Assembly (NCBI GenBank): GCA_023247705.1 | Contig: JAHFFY010000003.1 | Location: forward strand, 14,067-78,066 | Source of the DNA: Candidatus Omnitrophota bacterium | GTDB lineage: Bacteria > Omnitrophota > Gorgyraeia > Zapsychrales > JAHFFX01 | Direction: 5' to 3' | Length of the DNA: 64,000 nucleotides | Shown: positions 50,929 to 59,166 of the stretch, one piece after another | Position numbering within the stretch: position 1 is the first letter of the stretch | How the letters are laid out: every line of letters starts with the position of its first letter | Translations under genes and position numbers: made by a program | Notes under the pieces: model-generated | Seen by the model: only the letters and a program-made list of their open reading frames with translations | The model's database searches: none | Told to the model about the DNA's origin: nothing

Positions 50929-52095
50929 TCACGGGCCGGTCCCCCAATGGATGGAATGCTCGCCAAAACGGTCTTTGATTTGATCTAACGCGGTGTGAAC
51001 GCTTTCTTTTTTGCCATCGCGGGGACTTTTAAAAAGACTATCCTGCACGTAAAGATCATCCAGATTGGAAATACGCACACCGATCAGCCGCAGGCTCATC
51101 CCCTCCTGCCAGAATCCTTTGAACAATTCTTCCGCGTTCTGATAAATGGTATCGGTAAAATTAGTTCGTTGCTCCAAGGTAACAGTGCGGGAGTATGTCT
51201 TGAACCCCGTCAACCGGATTTTCAGCGTCAGGGTCCGTCCTTTCAAATCTGATTTTCTCAGACGGCGCGAGACCTTCTGGCTTAGAAATAACAGGATGGC
51301 ATGGATTACCTCCAGATCGCCTGTATCCTGATCAAAGGTATATTCGTGGCTGATCGATTTAACGAGCTCATCCAAGACAACCTCCCGCGGATCAACTCCA
51401 TGCGCGAGGTTGTACAAATGAATACCCGCCTCGCCAAATTGTTTGAAAATAATCTCCTGAGAACTATGCGCGATGTCACCGATCGTTTTAAGCCCCAGAC
51501 GATCGAAAACTATTTTATTTTTCGGGCCCACCCCCCAAAGCCGCTCGACCGGTTGAGGCCAGAGAAAATCGAATAACCGGTCGCTGCTGATCTCTAAAAG
51601 GCCGTCTGGTTTGGAACAATCCGAGGCCATTTTCGCCGCCATCTTGATCGGAGCGATCCCGATGGAAGCGGTCAAACGGACCTCCTCTTTGATTTTTTCT
51701 TTTATTTTAAAACAAGTGCGGTAGGGCGTCTGGTGAAGATGAGAAGTGCCGGTGATATCCAGAAAGGCTTCATCAATACTGATCGGTTCGACTTGCGGGG
51801 TGAATCGGGAAAGGATCTCAAAGATTTGATCTGAAACCTGCTGATATTTCTTCCCGTTGACTGGAAGAAAAACAGCCTGAGGACACCGGCGATAAGCGAT
51901 CGAAATAGGCATTGCGGAATGAACCCCGAACCGTCGCGCCTCATAAGAACACGTTGAAACAACGCCCCGGCCTTTGCCTTTCTTCGGATCAGCTCCGATG
52001 ACAACAGGTTTATTGCGCAGTCGAGGATCATCCCTCTGCTCAACGGCGGCAAAAAAGGCGTCCATGTCCACATGTGCGATCACTTTTTTATTCAT
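50929..52095 (-). CDS. dinB: DNA polymerase IV (Y-family)
   Basis: 388 aa. IAHVDMDAFFAAVEQRDDPRLRNKPVVIG…SIDEAFLD…. Confidence 0.9.
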   Translation of the reverse strand: MNKKVIAHVDMDAFFAAVEQRDDPRLRNKPVVIGADPKKGKGRGVVSTCSYEARRFGVHSAMPISIAYRRCPQAVFLPVNGKKYQQVSDQIFEILSRFTPQVEPISIDEAFLDITGTSHLHQTPYRTCFKIKEKIKEEVRLTASIGIAPIKMAAKMASDCSKPDGLLEISSDRLFDFLWPQPVERLWGVGPKNKIVFDRLGLKTIGDIAHSSQEIIFKQFGEAGIHLYNLAHGVDPREVVLDELVKSISHEYTFDQDTGDLEVIHAILLFLSQKVSRRLRKSDLKGRTLTLKIRLTGFKTYSRTVTLEQRTNFTDTIYQNAEELFKGFWQEGMSLRLIGVRISNLDDLYVQDSLFKSPRDGKKESVHTALDQIKDRFGEHSIHWGTGP

Positions 52096-52102
52096 CAGGT
52101 AA

Positions 52103-52138
52103 GAAAAAAAACCTCCTTTGATAAAATATTAAAGGAGG
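52103..52138 (-). terminator. rho-independent terminator (CCTCCTTT stem + T9 on the minus strand)
   Basis: Minus strand reads AGCCTCCTTTaatattttatcAAAGGAGGttttttttt, between the small membrane ORF and dinB. Confidence 0.7.
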
Positions 52139-52164
52139 CTGGCTAACGACCGACAATCGACTCT

Positions 52165-52314
52165 TTATTTTTTATCTTTTAACAGCTGGATAATTTTCTC
52201 TAACCTTGCAGTCATGGCAACGGGGACAAAAACAATCCACACCAGCAAAAATACCCTGATGCCAAAATACCAGAACCTTGTATCACTGGAATAATCAGAA
52301 ACATGACACATCAT
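52165..52314 (-). CDS. small single-TM protein (~48 aa)
   Basis: GAAGGAGG RBS directly upstream of ATGATG. MMCHVSDYSSDTRFWYFGIRVFLLVWIVFVPVAMTARLEKIIQLLKDKK. The longer track ORF 52165-52416 probably over-extends into non-coding sequence. Confidence 0.4.
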   Translation of the reverse strand: MMCHVSDYSSDTRFWYFGIRVFLLVWIVFVPVAMTARLEKIIQLLKDKK

Positions 52315-52696
52315 AACCTCCTTCGTTTTATAAAAAACCCTCTGGCAAATTAGGTTTAAATTGACTTCATTATATCTTTGCCGATAAAAGATGTAAAGAC
52401 TGAAAATATAAAACAAAAGTACAAAAAAATTATTTGCAGATCAAAAGATTTTAAAATTTTATTTCTATAACTATTGATCTCAATAAACAATTTGCTATAA
52501 TAAAATTCCATTTGAAAATTTTTTGTCCAATTTAGTTTATTTAAAAAGGAATGATACCCGAATAAAACAGTGATTTTTTAAAAACATTATTCCAATCCCT
52601 GAATTCACTAAATGGACTTTTTATTAAACCCATAATTGGGCAGCTTTTTCGTCAGAAAAAGTTTGGGTTAATAACATCTAGAGAGAAGGAGTTTGT

Positions 52697-53224
52697 ATGA
52701 AAGACAATTATTCATTTTTAAAAGACGAGCTGGCTTTGATGGAGATCCGTAAACATAAATGGCTCGAAAGCGAGAAACTCGGCCAGGAAATAGGGTTTGC
52801 GACTGCAGCTTGTGACTGGATCAACAAATATGGCTACACGTGGAAACAATTTCGTCTGGATGCGGAAGACACAACCAATCTTTTTCTGGAAAGAAGGAAA
52901 TATCGTCGTTTTAATTTCCATCTTCCTGTTCAGCTCAAAACAGATCAGAACTGTTTGATCAGCTACACGATTGAGTTGAGTCTGATCGGCCTCTCCTGTA
53001 TTCTCCCGACTTACATTCCGGAAAATACGAACGTTGAAATGACCATTAACATTGACCAAGAAACATCCGGACACCGGCTGTCAAACTTTAAGTTTTCCAG
53101 CCGGGTCTTAAGAATCTCTCAACCAAAACCACAGAAGTCACAATTCTGTTACGAAATTTTTCTGCCTTTCAATGAACAGGCACGAGATTATTTAAGAAAT
53201 ACCTTGGGATTGTTTAATAATTGA
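52697..53224 (+). CDS. PilZ-domain (c-di-GMP binding) protein with conserved N-terminal domain of unknown function
   Basis: 175 aa. C-terminal half has RRKYRR…(20 aa)…ELSLIGLS (PilZ RxxxR and D/NxSxxG-like motifs). N-terminal …KHKWLESEKLGQEIGFATAACDWINKYGY… is a conserved module I cannot assign. RBS GAAGGAG. Confidence 0.6.
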   Translation: MKDNYSFLKDELALMEIRKHKWLESEKLGQEIGFATAACDWINKYGYTWKQFRLDAEDTTNLFLERRKYRRFNFHLPVQLKTDQNCLISYTIELSLIGLSCILPTYIPENTNVEMTINIDQETSGHRLSNFKFSSRVLRISQPKPQKSQFCYEIFLPFNEQARDYLRNTLGLFNN

Positions 53225-53401
53225 CATTGGTACCGGGTCTCTTCACAGCAAGAGATATTTTGTCCATGAGATCAAATCATTACTTATTGAATTTTTCTTT
53301 CCCAAATGTAATTCTCTACTGGCGCTGCGGATGCTGGCGGGAAATTTAAAATGCTGTTTACGCAAAAAAAGCGCAATAATGAGAGGCATCTCCATCTTTG
53401 A

Positions 53402-54085
53402 TCAAATGAATTTTCTTATTTGTGTTATCGAGTAATTGATATCATTCAAAGGGCATTGTTCACATAAAGGATTGCTCCTGCAAAATTCTTTCCCCACCCG
53501 TACAATCAAGGCATGATATTCATTAAATAACGGTGGATCGGTCTTCAAATGACGCATGAATTCCTTTTGGATGCCATGATAATCCTCCGTTGGAGACACT
53601 AAGCTATGCCGGACAAGTATCCTTTTGGTATAGGCATCCACAACAAAAATTGGTTTCTCCAATGCGTATAATAAAATTGAATCCGCCGTTTCGGGCCCGA
53701 TGCCGTTGACCGCGAGAAGTTGCGGTCGCAATTGTTCCAGAGGAACTTTCTCCATTCTCTGCAAACTTCCATCATATTTCTGCCAAAGGAAATCGATAAA
53801 ACTCTTCAAGCGTTTTGTTTTAACATTAAAAAAACCGGCGGGTTTGATTAAAGCAGCCAAATGCTTGGGAGAAATATCTCTGATGGCCAATGGAGTAAGG
53901 ACACCCGACCGTTCCAGGTTCACGAGTGCTTTCTCAACATTCTTCCAATTGGTATTTTGGGTGAGAATCGCCCCCACCACCACCTCGAATTTTGTTTTGG
54001 CGGGCCACCAGAATTGGGGACCGAAGCGGGCCATGAGACGCTTATAAATTTTATTGAGGTAGAATTTCTGCTGGCTTGAATTCAT
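53402..54085 (-). CDS. endonuclease III-like HhH-GPD DNA glycosylase with C-terminal [4Fe-4S] cysteines
   Basis: …VVGAILTQNTNWKNVEKAL… and LLAVNGIGPETADSILLYAL (HhH-GPD). C-terminal C-x6-C-x2-C. The likely start is MNSSQQ at 54085, not the track start at 54127. Confidence 0.75.
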   Translation of the reverse strand: MNSSQQKFYLNKIYKRLMARFGPQFWWPAKTKFEVVVGAILTQNTNWKNVEKALVNLERSGVLTPLAIRDISPKHLAALIKPAGFFNVKTKRLKSFIDFLWQKYDGSLQRMEKVPLEQLRPQLLAVNGIGPETADSILLYALEKPIFVVDAYTKRILVRHSLVSPTEDYHGIQKEFMRHLKTDPPLFNEYHALIVRVGKEFCRSNPLCEQCPLNDINYSITQIRKFI

Positions 54086-54089
54086 CCGC

Positions 54090-54239
54090 TTAATGTCGAT
54101 GACGGGATTTTTGCCGCAACACTTCATTATAAAGCTCGGATTCCGTCCAATCCTTATCCGGCTTCTTCACTTCTTGTCGTTCAGTCATGAATTTCTTTGG
54201 ATCGAGACGGTATTTAGGCTTTTTGTTTTGATGGGACAT
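54090..54239 (-). CDS. small basic protein (49 aa), translationally coupled to the endonuclease III-like gene
   Basis: Strong RBS AAAGGAGGA 5 nt before the ATG. MSHQNKKPKYRLDPKKFMTERQEVKKPDKDWTESELYNEVLRQKSRHRH. Its TAA stop is 4 nt before the downstream ATG. Confidence 0.35.
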   Translation of the reverse strand: MSHQNKKPKYRLDPKKFMTERQEVKKPDKDWTESELYNEVLRQKSRHRH

Positions 54240-54325
54240 AGGGTCCTCCTTTAATGGGCTAGGCTGATTCAAGTGTAAACGATATGTCCCTGATCAGGCA
54301 AGGGAATTTCTACGGGATAAAAACA

Positions 54326-54622
54326 TCATGATTGATCAAATTGATAAACTTTACGGACCTTTTCCAAAACTTCCCAATGGCAGGTCAATCCTTTTGGAAA
54401 CGTCACCAGATCTCCCGCGCCAATCATAAATTCTTCAGAGATCGTTTTGATTCTGACTTTTCCTTCATAAATATAAGCGACCTCGGTGGCAGGGTACAGC
54501 CAATCAAACGAAGATGGTTTGCACTCCCAAACGGACCAGACACCGACATCGGTCGGATTGGCGGGGATCCCTAATTTCTTTTTCTCCACCGAGGAGGGTT
54601 TCTCAATCTTGAGTTTACTCAT
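54326..54622 (-). CDS. cupin-domain protein
   Basis: 98 aa. …VWSVWECKPSSFDWLYPATEVAYIYEGKVRIK…GDLVTFPKG… Single cupin barrel. Confidence 0.65.
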   Translation of the reverse strand: MSKLKIEKPSSVEKKKLGIPANPTDVGVWSVWECKPSSFDWLYPATEVAYIYEGKVRIKTISEEFMIGAGDLVTFPKGLTCHWEVLEKVRKVYQFDQS

Positions 54623-55097
54623 TTTGTTTATGTTCCTTCATCGGAAATAACGTCACCATATCGCTCTGGGCAGCCGTTGTTTCTTCTGTCCTGGGATAAT
54701 ATTCCAACCGAAGACATTGATCCTGTTGATCAAAGTAGGCATAAACTTTGGGCGAACCGAACGGTTTATCCATGTATCGATAAAGCCATTTTTCAATGAC
54801 CTGGTCATTTTGAGATCCTTGTTTCACCAGAATTGGTTTTCCGAAGGCCTTTAGGAAATCTTTTTTGTTTTGATAGCTGGACACAGAACGATCATTAACT
54901 GCTGCGAGGAGCTTTTTAAAATTATTATTCTGTTTCTCTACAAACACATCCTGGGCATCGCGGTTCTCGGAAAGATCTTTAAGCGTCAAGAGTTCATCCA
55001 GATGGGCCAGTTTGGCGCAACCGGCCAATCCCGCACATAAAACCAGGAAAAGGAAAAAATATCTCATGAGCTCTATTCTTCTCTTATATATTCTCAT
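54615..55097 (-). CDS. hypothetical lipoprotein
   Basis: 160 aa. Signal peptide with lipobox LAGC (MRYFFLFLVLCAGLAGCAKL). Confidence 0.55.
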   Translation of the reverse strand: MRIYKRRIELMRYFFLFLVLCAGLAGCAKLAHLDELLTLKDLSENRDAQDVFVEKQNNNFKKLLAAVNDRSVSSYQNKKDFLKAFGKPILVKQGSQNDQVIEKWLYRYMDKPFGSPKVYAYFDQQDQCLRLEYYPRTEETTAAQSDMVTLFPMKEHKQNE

Positions 55098-55254
55098 TTG
55101 GAGTATCCGGTGATCAGGTTATTGGGGACCGGGGGATTGGAAGATCGCGGGGATCCGAAACGTTCCCGATTTCCTAGAAGTCATTTCACAACCTCGAAAA
55201 CGGTCCTTCTCATTGACGAGGTTGACGTGGTGAAAAGGGGTTATGAAATGGCTT

Positions 55255-55344
55255 CTACTCCTTTGTCAAACCCGTTTTTAATAGTTGATCCCTCTATACT
55301 TTGAAGGAAATCAACTATTAAAAACAAAATTGACAAAGCACTAG
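55255..55344. repeat. MITE-like palindromic repeat, family 1, copy 3
   Basis: CTACTCCTTTGTCAAACCCGTTTTTAATAGTTGATCCCTCTATACTTTGAAGGAAATCAACTATTAAAAACAAAATTGACAAAGCACTAG. Confidence 0.85.
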
Positions 55345-55394
55345 TCCCTAGATCCCCTGGTTACCAGATCACCGATGAATCGATTTCTTCTCTT

Positions 55395-55655
55395 TTAGAA
55401 AGCGTCCAGCCAGCGAAAATGAACAAAAACCCGTCCCCAATTTTTGTCATCTTTCTCGATCCGGTGATAAACATTTTTGTATCGTTTTTCCAAAAATCTT
55501 AAGACAGATTTTTTTAACTGCCCCGATCCTTTGCCCGGAATGATCTCGACCAGTTTGGCCTTTTTCTGGATCGCGTCTTCCATAATGCCCTGCAGGGCCC
55601 TATCGAGCTTGGCCCCGTCGGAATAAATGTCGTGCAAATCGAGTTTGAGTTTCAT
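55395..55655 (-). CDS. Smr-domain protein (small MutS-related endonuclease domain)
   Basis: 86 aa. LDLHDIYSDGA…VEIIPGKGSGQLKKSV… Smr fold signature. Confidence 0.65.
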   Translation of the reverse strand: MKLKLDLHDIYSDGAKLDRALQGIMEDAIQKKAKLVEIIPGKGSGQLKKSVLRFLEKRYKNVYHRIEKDDKNWGRVFVHFRWLDAF

Positions 55656-57595
55656 TTGTTGATCTGGTTTCTTTCATCCGTTAAACGGTCAATGGTGTTC
55701 TCGATTTCCCGTATCCTTTTGGGGATGAATTTCAAACGTTGCCCGTATTCTTTGAGCATCTGGGGATCACGGCCGCTGAAAGCCTCAGTCAGGACGCGGG
55801 ACTTGATAAAACTTTCTGTTTCTAACTCTTTCTTCTCTTTCTCAAGTTTCTTAATTTCATTCTTGATCTCATCCATCCGCTTTAAAGCCTGTTTATGCTT
55901 TTGATGTAAATTGCTGACCGATGCGCTTTCTTTTTGCTTTTGCTGATGGGCTTCTTTTTTTAGCCGCTGGCCTTCCAAAACGATCTGACGCTCTTTTTCC
56001 TTGGCGCCGGCCTCCGACTCATTCTTTTTATCCAGGTAATAATCCAGTCCCCCAGGATAACTTTTCAGTATCCCATTATCAACCTCAACAATATAATTGG
56101 CAATTTCTTTTACAAAAAAAAGATCGTGGCTGATGAAGCACAATGTCCCTTCATAGGTTTTAAAAGCGGTGGTCAACGCCTCGACCCCATCGATGTCCAG
56201 ATGGGTGGTGGGCTCATCGAGCAGGATAAAATTCGGAGGATTGATCAGCAATTTGGCTAAGATGACCCGGCTCTTCTCTCCACCGGATAAAATTTTGACT
56301 TGTTTAAAAACATCATCGCCGTGAAAATTAAAAAGCCCCAATAAGGTCCGGATCTTCACGGCCGGAACCATCCCGGCTGCGGATGTGGCGACTTCATCAA
56401 ACGCCGTCCGTTCCGAATTCAAAACGTCTAATCTCGTTTGCGAAAAATATCCCAGATCAACCTGATGCCCCAGACGACGGGACCCGGAATCCGGCTGAAC
56501 GACCCCGGCCAGCATCTTAAGCAGCGTCGACTTCCCAGCTCCGTTGTGACCGACAAGACAAAGCTTCTGGCCTTTGGTGATCTCAAAATCCATTTCCTCA
56601 TATACTTTTTTCTCGCCGTAAAATTTATGAATATTATTGAGCGAAATAACGCTGTATCCGCTTTGTCGCGTCGTTGGAAATTCAAAATCTTTGATGCTCT
56701 TGCGCTCGTAAGGAAGTTCAATCTCTTCCAGACGCTCCAGCATCTTGCGTTTGTTCCTGACGGCCGAGGCCTTGTTCGGCTGCGCGTGAAAGCGTTCAGC
56801 GAAGCGTTCGAGTTGTTCACGTTTCTTCTCGACGACCTTCTGCCGTTTCTCCAAAGACCGGTAACGTTCATCCTTCAGGCGTTCATACTCTTCATAATTC
56901 CCCTTCACCTTGGTGATATGGCCGTATTCCAGCACAATTGTGTAATTGGTGATTTCATTCAAAAAAATTTTATCGTGGGAAATGATAACAAACGTCCCTT
57001 TATAATTTTTCAGATAATCTTTCAGCCATAAGGTCGCCGACAAATCGAGATAATTGGTAGGTTCGTCTAAAAGCAGGAGATCATATTGATAAGTCAACAG
57101 CTTGGCCAAAAGGGTGCGCATCTGCCAACCGCCGCTTAATTGAACGATGGGACGGTGAAAGTCCTGTTCTTTAAAACCGAGTCCCGTGAGAATTTTTTCC
57201 GCCCGATGTTCGATTTCGTAAAGCCCCAGCATTTCCAGTTCATGCAACACATCCCCGTAACGCATCGTATCCGCCTTGCCGGATTCTTCCAGTTCGCGCT
57301 TTTCTTGCTTAAGGATCACGATGCGTTGATCGCCCTCAGTCAATTCTTCGAGGACGGTCCGGGAGGAATCAAACTTGGCTTCCTGAGGAAGAAAACCGAT
57401 GTTGAGGTTTTTTTGAATCTGGACCTCACCCGCCGTCGGTTCCATCTGGCGGAGAATAATCGAGAACAGAGTCGTTTTCCCGGCGCCGTTGGGTCCGGTC
57501 AGACCGATTTTCTCGTTGGGATAAATGCTGATCGAGACATTGTCGAGCAGCATCCGCTGATTAAAATTCTTGGAAAGGTTCGTAATGGTAATCAT
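55652..57595 (-). CDS. ABC-F family ATPase (two ABC domains plus C-terminal coiled coil; translation factor-like)
   Basis: 647 aa. Two Walker A (GPNGAGKTT, GHNGAGKST), two LSGG signatures, Walker B. No TM domain. Long K/E-rich C-terminal coil. Confidence 0.9.
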   Translation of the reverse strand: MITITNLSKNFNQRMLLDNVSISIYPNEKIGLTGPNGAGKTTLFSIILRQMEPTAGEVQIQKNLNIGFLPQEAKFDSSRTVLEELTEGDQRIVILKQEKRELEESGKADTMRYGDVLHELEMLGLYEIEHRAEKILTGLGFKEQDFHRPIVQLSGGWQMRTLLAKLLTYQYDLLLLDEPTNYLDLSATLWLKDYLKNYKGTFVIISHDKIFLNEITNYTIVLEYGHITKVKGNYEEYERLKDERYRSLEKRQKVVEKKREQLERFAERFHAQPNKASAVRNKRKMLERLEEIELPYERKSIKDFEFPTTRQSGYSVISLNNIHKFYGEKKVYEEMDFEITKGQKLCLVGHNGAGKSTLLKMLAGVVQPDSGSRRLGHQVDLGYFSQTRLDVLNSERTAFDEVATSAAGMVPAVKIRTLLGLFNFHGDDVFKQVKILSGGEKSRVILAKLLINPPNFILLDEPTTHLDIDGVEALTTAFKTYEGTLCFISHDLFFVKEIANYIVEVDNGILKSYPGGLDYYLDKKNESEAGAKEKERQIVLEGQRLKKEAHQQKQKESASVSNLHQKHKQALKRMDEIKNEIKKLEKEKKELETESFIKSRVLTEAFSGRDPQMLKEYGQRLKFIPKRIREIENTIDRLTDERNQINK

Positions 57596-57599
57596 AAAA

Positions 57600-58394
57600 T
57601 TATTTCTTTAGTTTTCGTAAAAGCAGTTCTTCTTTTTTCTCGAGGCGGCGCCATAACCCTGCCGACAAATTTCCAAGCTGCAAAGGCCCCTGACTGATTC
57701 TTGTTAAATCGATGACCCTGTGCCGGATCGTCTCCAGCATCAAACGGATTTGCCGTTTACGCCCCTCATGGATTGTGATCAAGAATTCACTCCGGCTCCC
57801 CATTGTTCTCACATCTCTAATCCGGGCCGGCGCAGTCAATTTGTCTTCGACCATAACGCCTTTTTCCAGGCGGATCTTCTCATCAACCCTGAGGATCCCG
57901 GAAATTCTGACAAAATACGTTTTGTCGATATTAAACTTCGGGTGCGTCAAACGATACGCAAGATCACCATCGTTAGTCAGAAGAAGCAATCCTTCCGTGT
58001 CCTTGTCCAAACGACCAACGGGTTTTAAATGTTTATACTCTTGCGGTAACAGATCCATCACCGTTTGTTCGTCATGGGCATCAGTGGTCGTTGTGACATA
58101 GCCGGCGGGCTTGTTAAGTATAATATAAACATATTCCTTCTGCCCGACAATTTTCCCCTCGAACTCCACCCGGTCGCGGTCGGGCAAAACCATCGTTGAC
58201 GGTTCGCGATTCAACGCACCGTTGACCTTCACGCGGCCCTGCTGAATCATCTCAAGCGCCTTGCGCCGGGAACAAACACCGTTATGCGAAAGAAAAACCT
58301 GCAGCCGCAGCGCTTTGGTTTCTCCTTCTGCGTTCGCTATGACAGACGGCGGTTGGGGCCGTTCAGATTTTTTTGCGTTGCCTAAGGGTTTCAT
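57600..58394 (-). CDS. rluB: rRNA pseudouridine synthase, RluB/RsuA family (S4 + catalytic domain)
   Basis: 264 aa. N-terminal S4 (LRLQVFLSHNGVCSRRKALEMIQQGRVKVNG). Catalytic GRLDKDTEGLLLLTNDG and HEGRKRQIR. Confidence 0.8.
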   Translation of the reverse strand: MKPLGNAKKSERPQPPSVIANAEGETKALRLQVFLSHNGVCSRRKALEMIQQGRVKVNGALNREPSTMVLPDRDRVEFEGKIVGQKEYVYIILNKPAGYVTTTTDAHDEQTVMDLLPQEYKHLKPVGRLDKDTEGLLLLTNDGDLAYRLTHPKFNIDKTYFVRISGILRVDEKIRLEKGVMVEDKLTAPARIRDVRTMGSRSEFLITIHEGRKRQIRLMLETIRHRVIDLTRISQGPLQLGNLSAGLWRRLEKKEELLLRKLKK

Positions 58395-59166
58395 AGATCA
58401 TAATCGCGGCGCTGGTCGAAACGTTTAAAGAATCAACCTGGCCGTGCATCGGGATTTTGACCTGCGTATCGGCATGATCGATCCAGAAACGGTTCAATCC
58501 GTTTTGTTCGCTCCCCAGGACAATCGCCAATGGAATTTTCAAATCAACCTGGGTGTAAACTTTTTTTGCCAAAGGAAGGGTTGTACAGATTGTAATCTTT
58601 TTCTCTTTTAAGAATTTCAGAATCGCTTCGCCGTCGCCTTCCACAACCGGCACGGTAAAAACCGCGCCTAAACTAGCGCGGATGACATTCGGGTTATAAA
58701 CATCTGTGCGCCCCGCGCACACTAAAAGGGCATCGATCCCGGCGGCGTCGGCAGTCCTTAAAATCGCGCCTAAATTCCCCGGCTTTTCCACTCCTTCCAC
58801 CATCACCAGCAACGGAATATTTTTAAATGAAATATCCCGCAAAGAAATCCGTTGAGGTTTAACAACCGCCAAAAGCCCTTCCTGCCGCTCTCCGAATGAG
58901 ATCTTGGAAAAAAGCTGTTTGGATACCTCCAGAACGATCGGTCCCCCTTTTTTCCAAGATAATAATTCACGATAAAAACCTTGATCGCACAATTCCGGGC
59001 AAACAAATATCTTTTCAACAGGGACATGCGCCTTAAGGACCTGTCGAATCTCCCGTTGTCCTTCGACAAGGGTCAGTCCCGTCTGATCGCGCATAGACCG
59101 GTCTCTTAACGCGATGATCTGTTTGATGTGCGTATTATGCGGGCTGGAAATGATTTCGTGCGGCAT
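58363..59166 (-). CDS. TrmH/SpoU-family RNA 2'-O-methyltransferase (RlmB-like)
   Basis: 267 aa. SPOUT motifs …VEKPGNLGAILRTADAAG…, …LGSEQNGL…, …IPMHGQVDSLNVSTSAAIMIYE. Confidence 0.8.
   Translation of the reverse strand: MPHEIISSPHNTHIKQIIALRDRSMRDQTGLTLVEGQREIRQVLKAHVPVEKIFVCPELCDQGFYRELLSWKKGGPIVLEVSKQLFSKISFGERQEGLLAVVKPQRISLRDISFKNIPLLVMVEGVEKPGNLGAILRTADAAGIDALLVCAGRTDVYNPNVIRASLGAVFTVPVVEGDGEAILKFLKEKKITICTTLPLAKKVYTQVDLKIPLAIVLGSEQNGLNRFWIDHADTQVKIPMHGQVDSLNVSTSAAIMIYETLRQRKKI

Noticed and set aside
52081-52140. AAAGGAGG at 52131-52138 as the dinB ribosome-binding site
   Set aside because: It lies about 35 nt upstream of the dinB ATG and forms the 3' half of a hairpin followed by nine T residues on the minus strand. 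It is better explained as the terminator of the upstream small gene.
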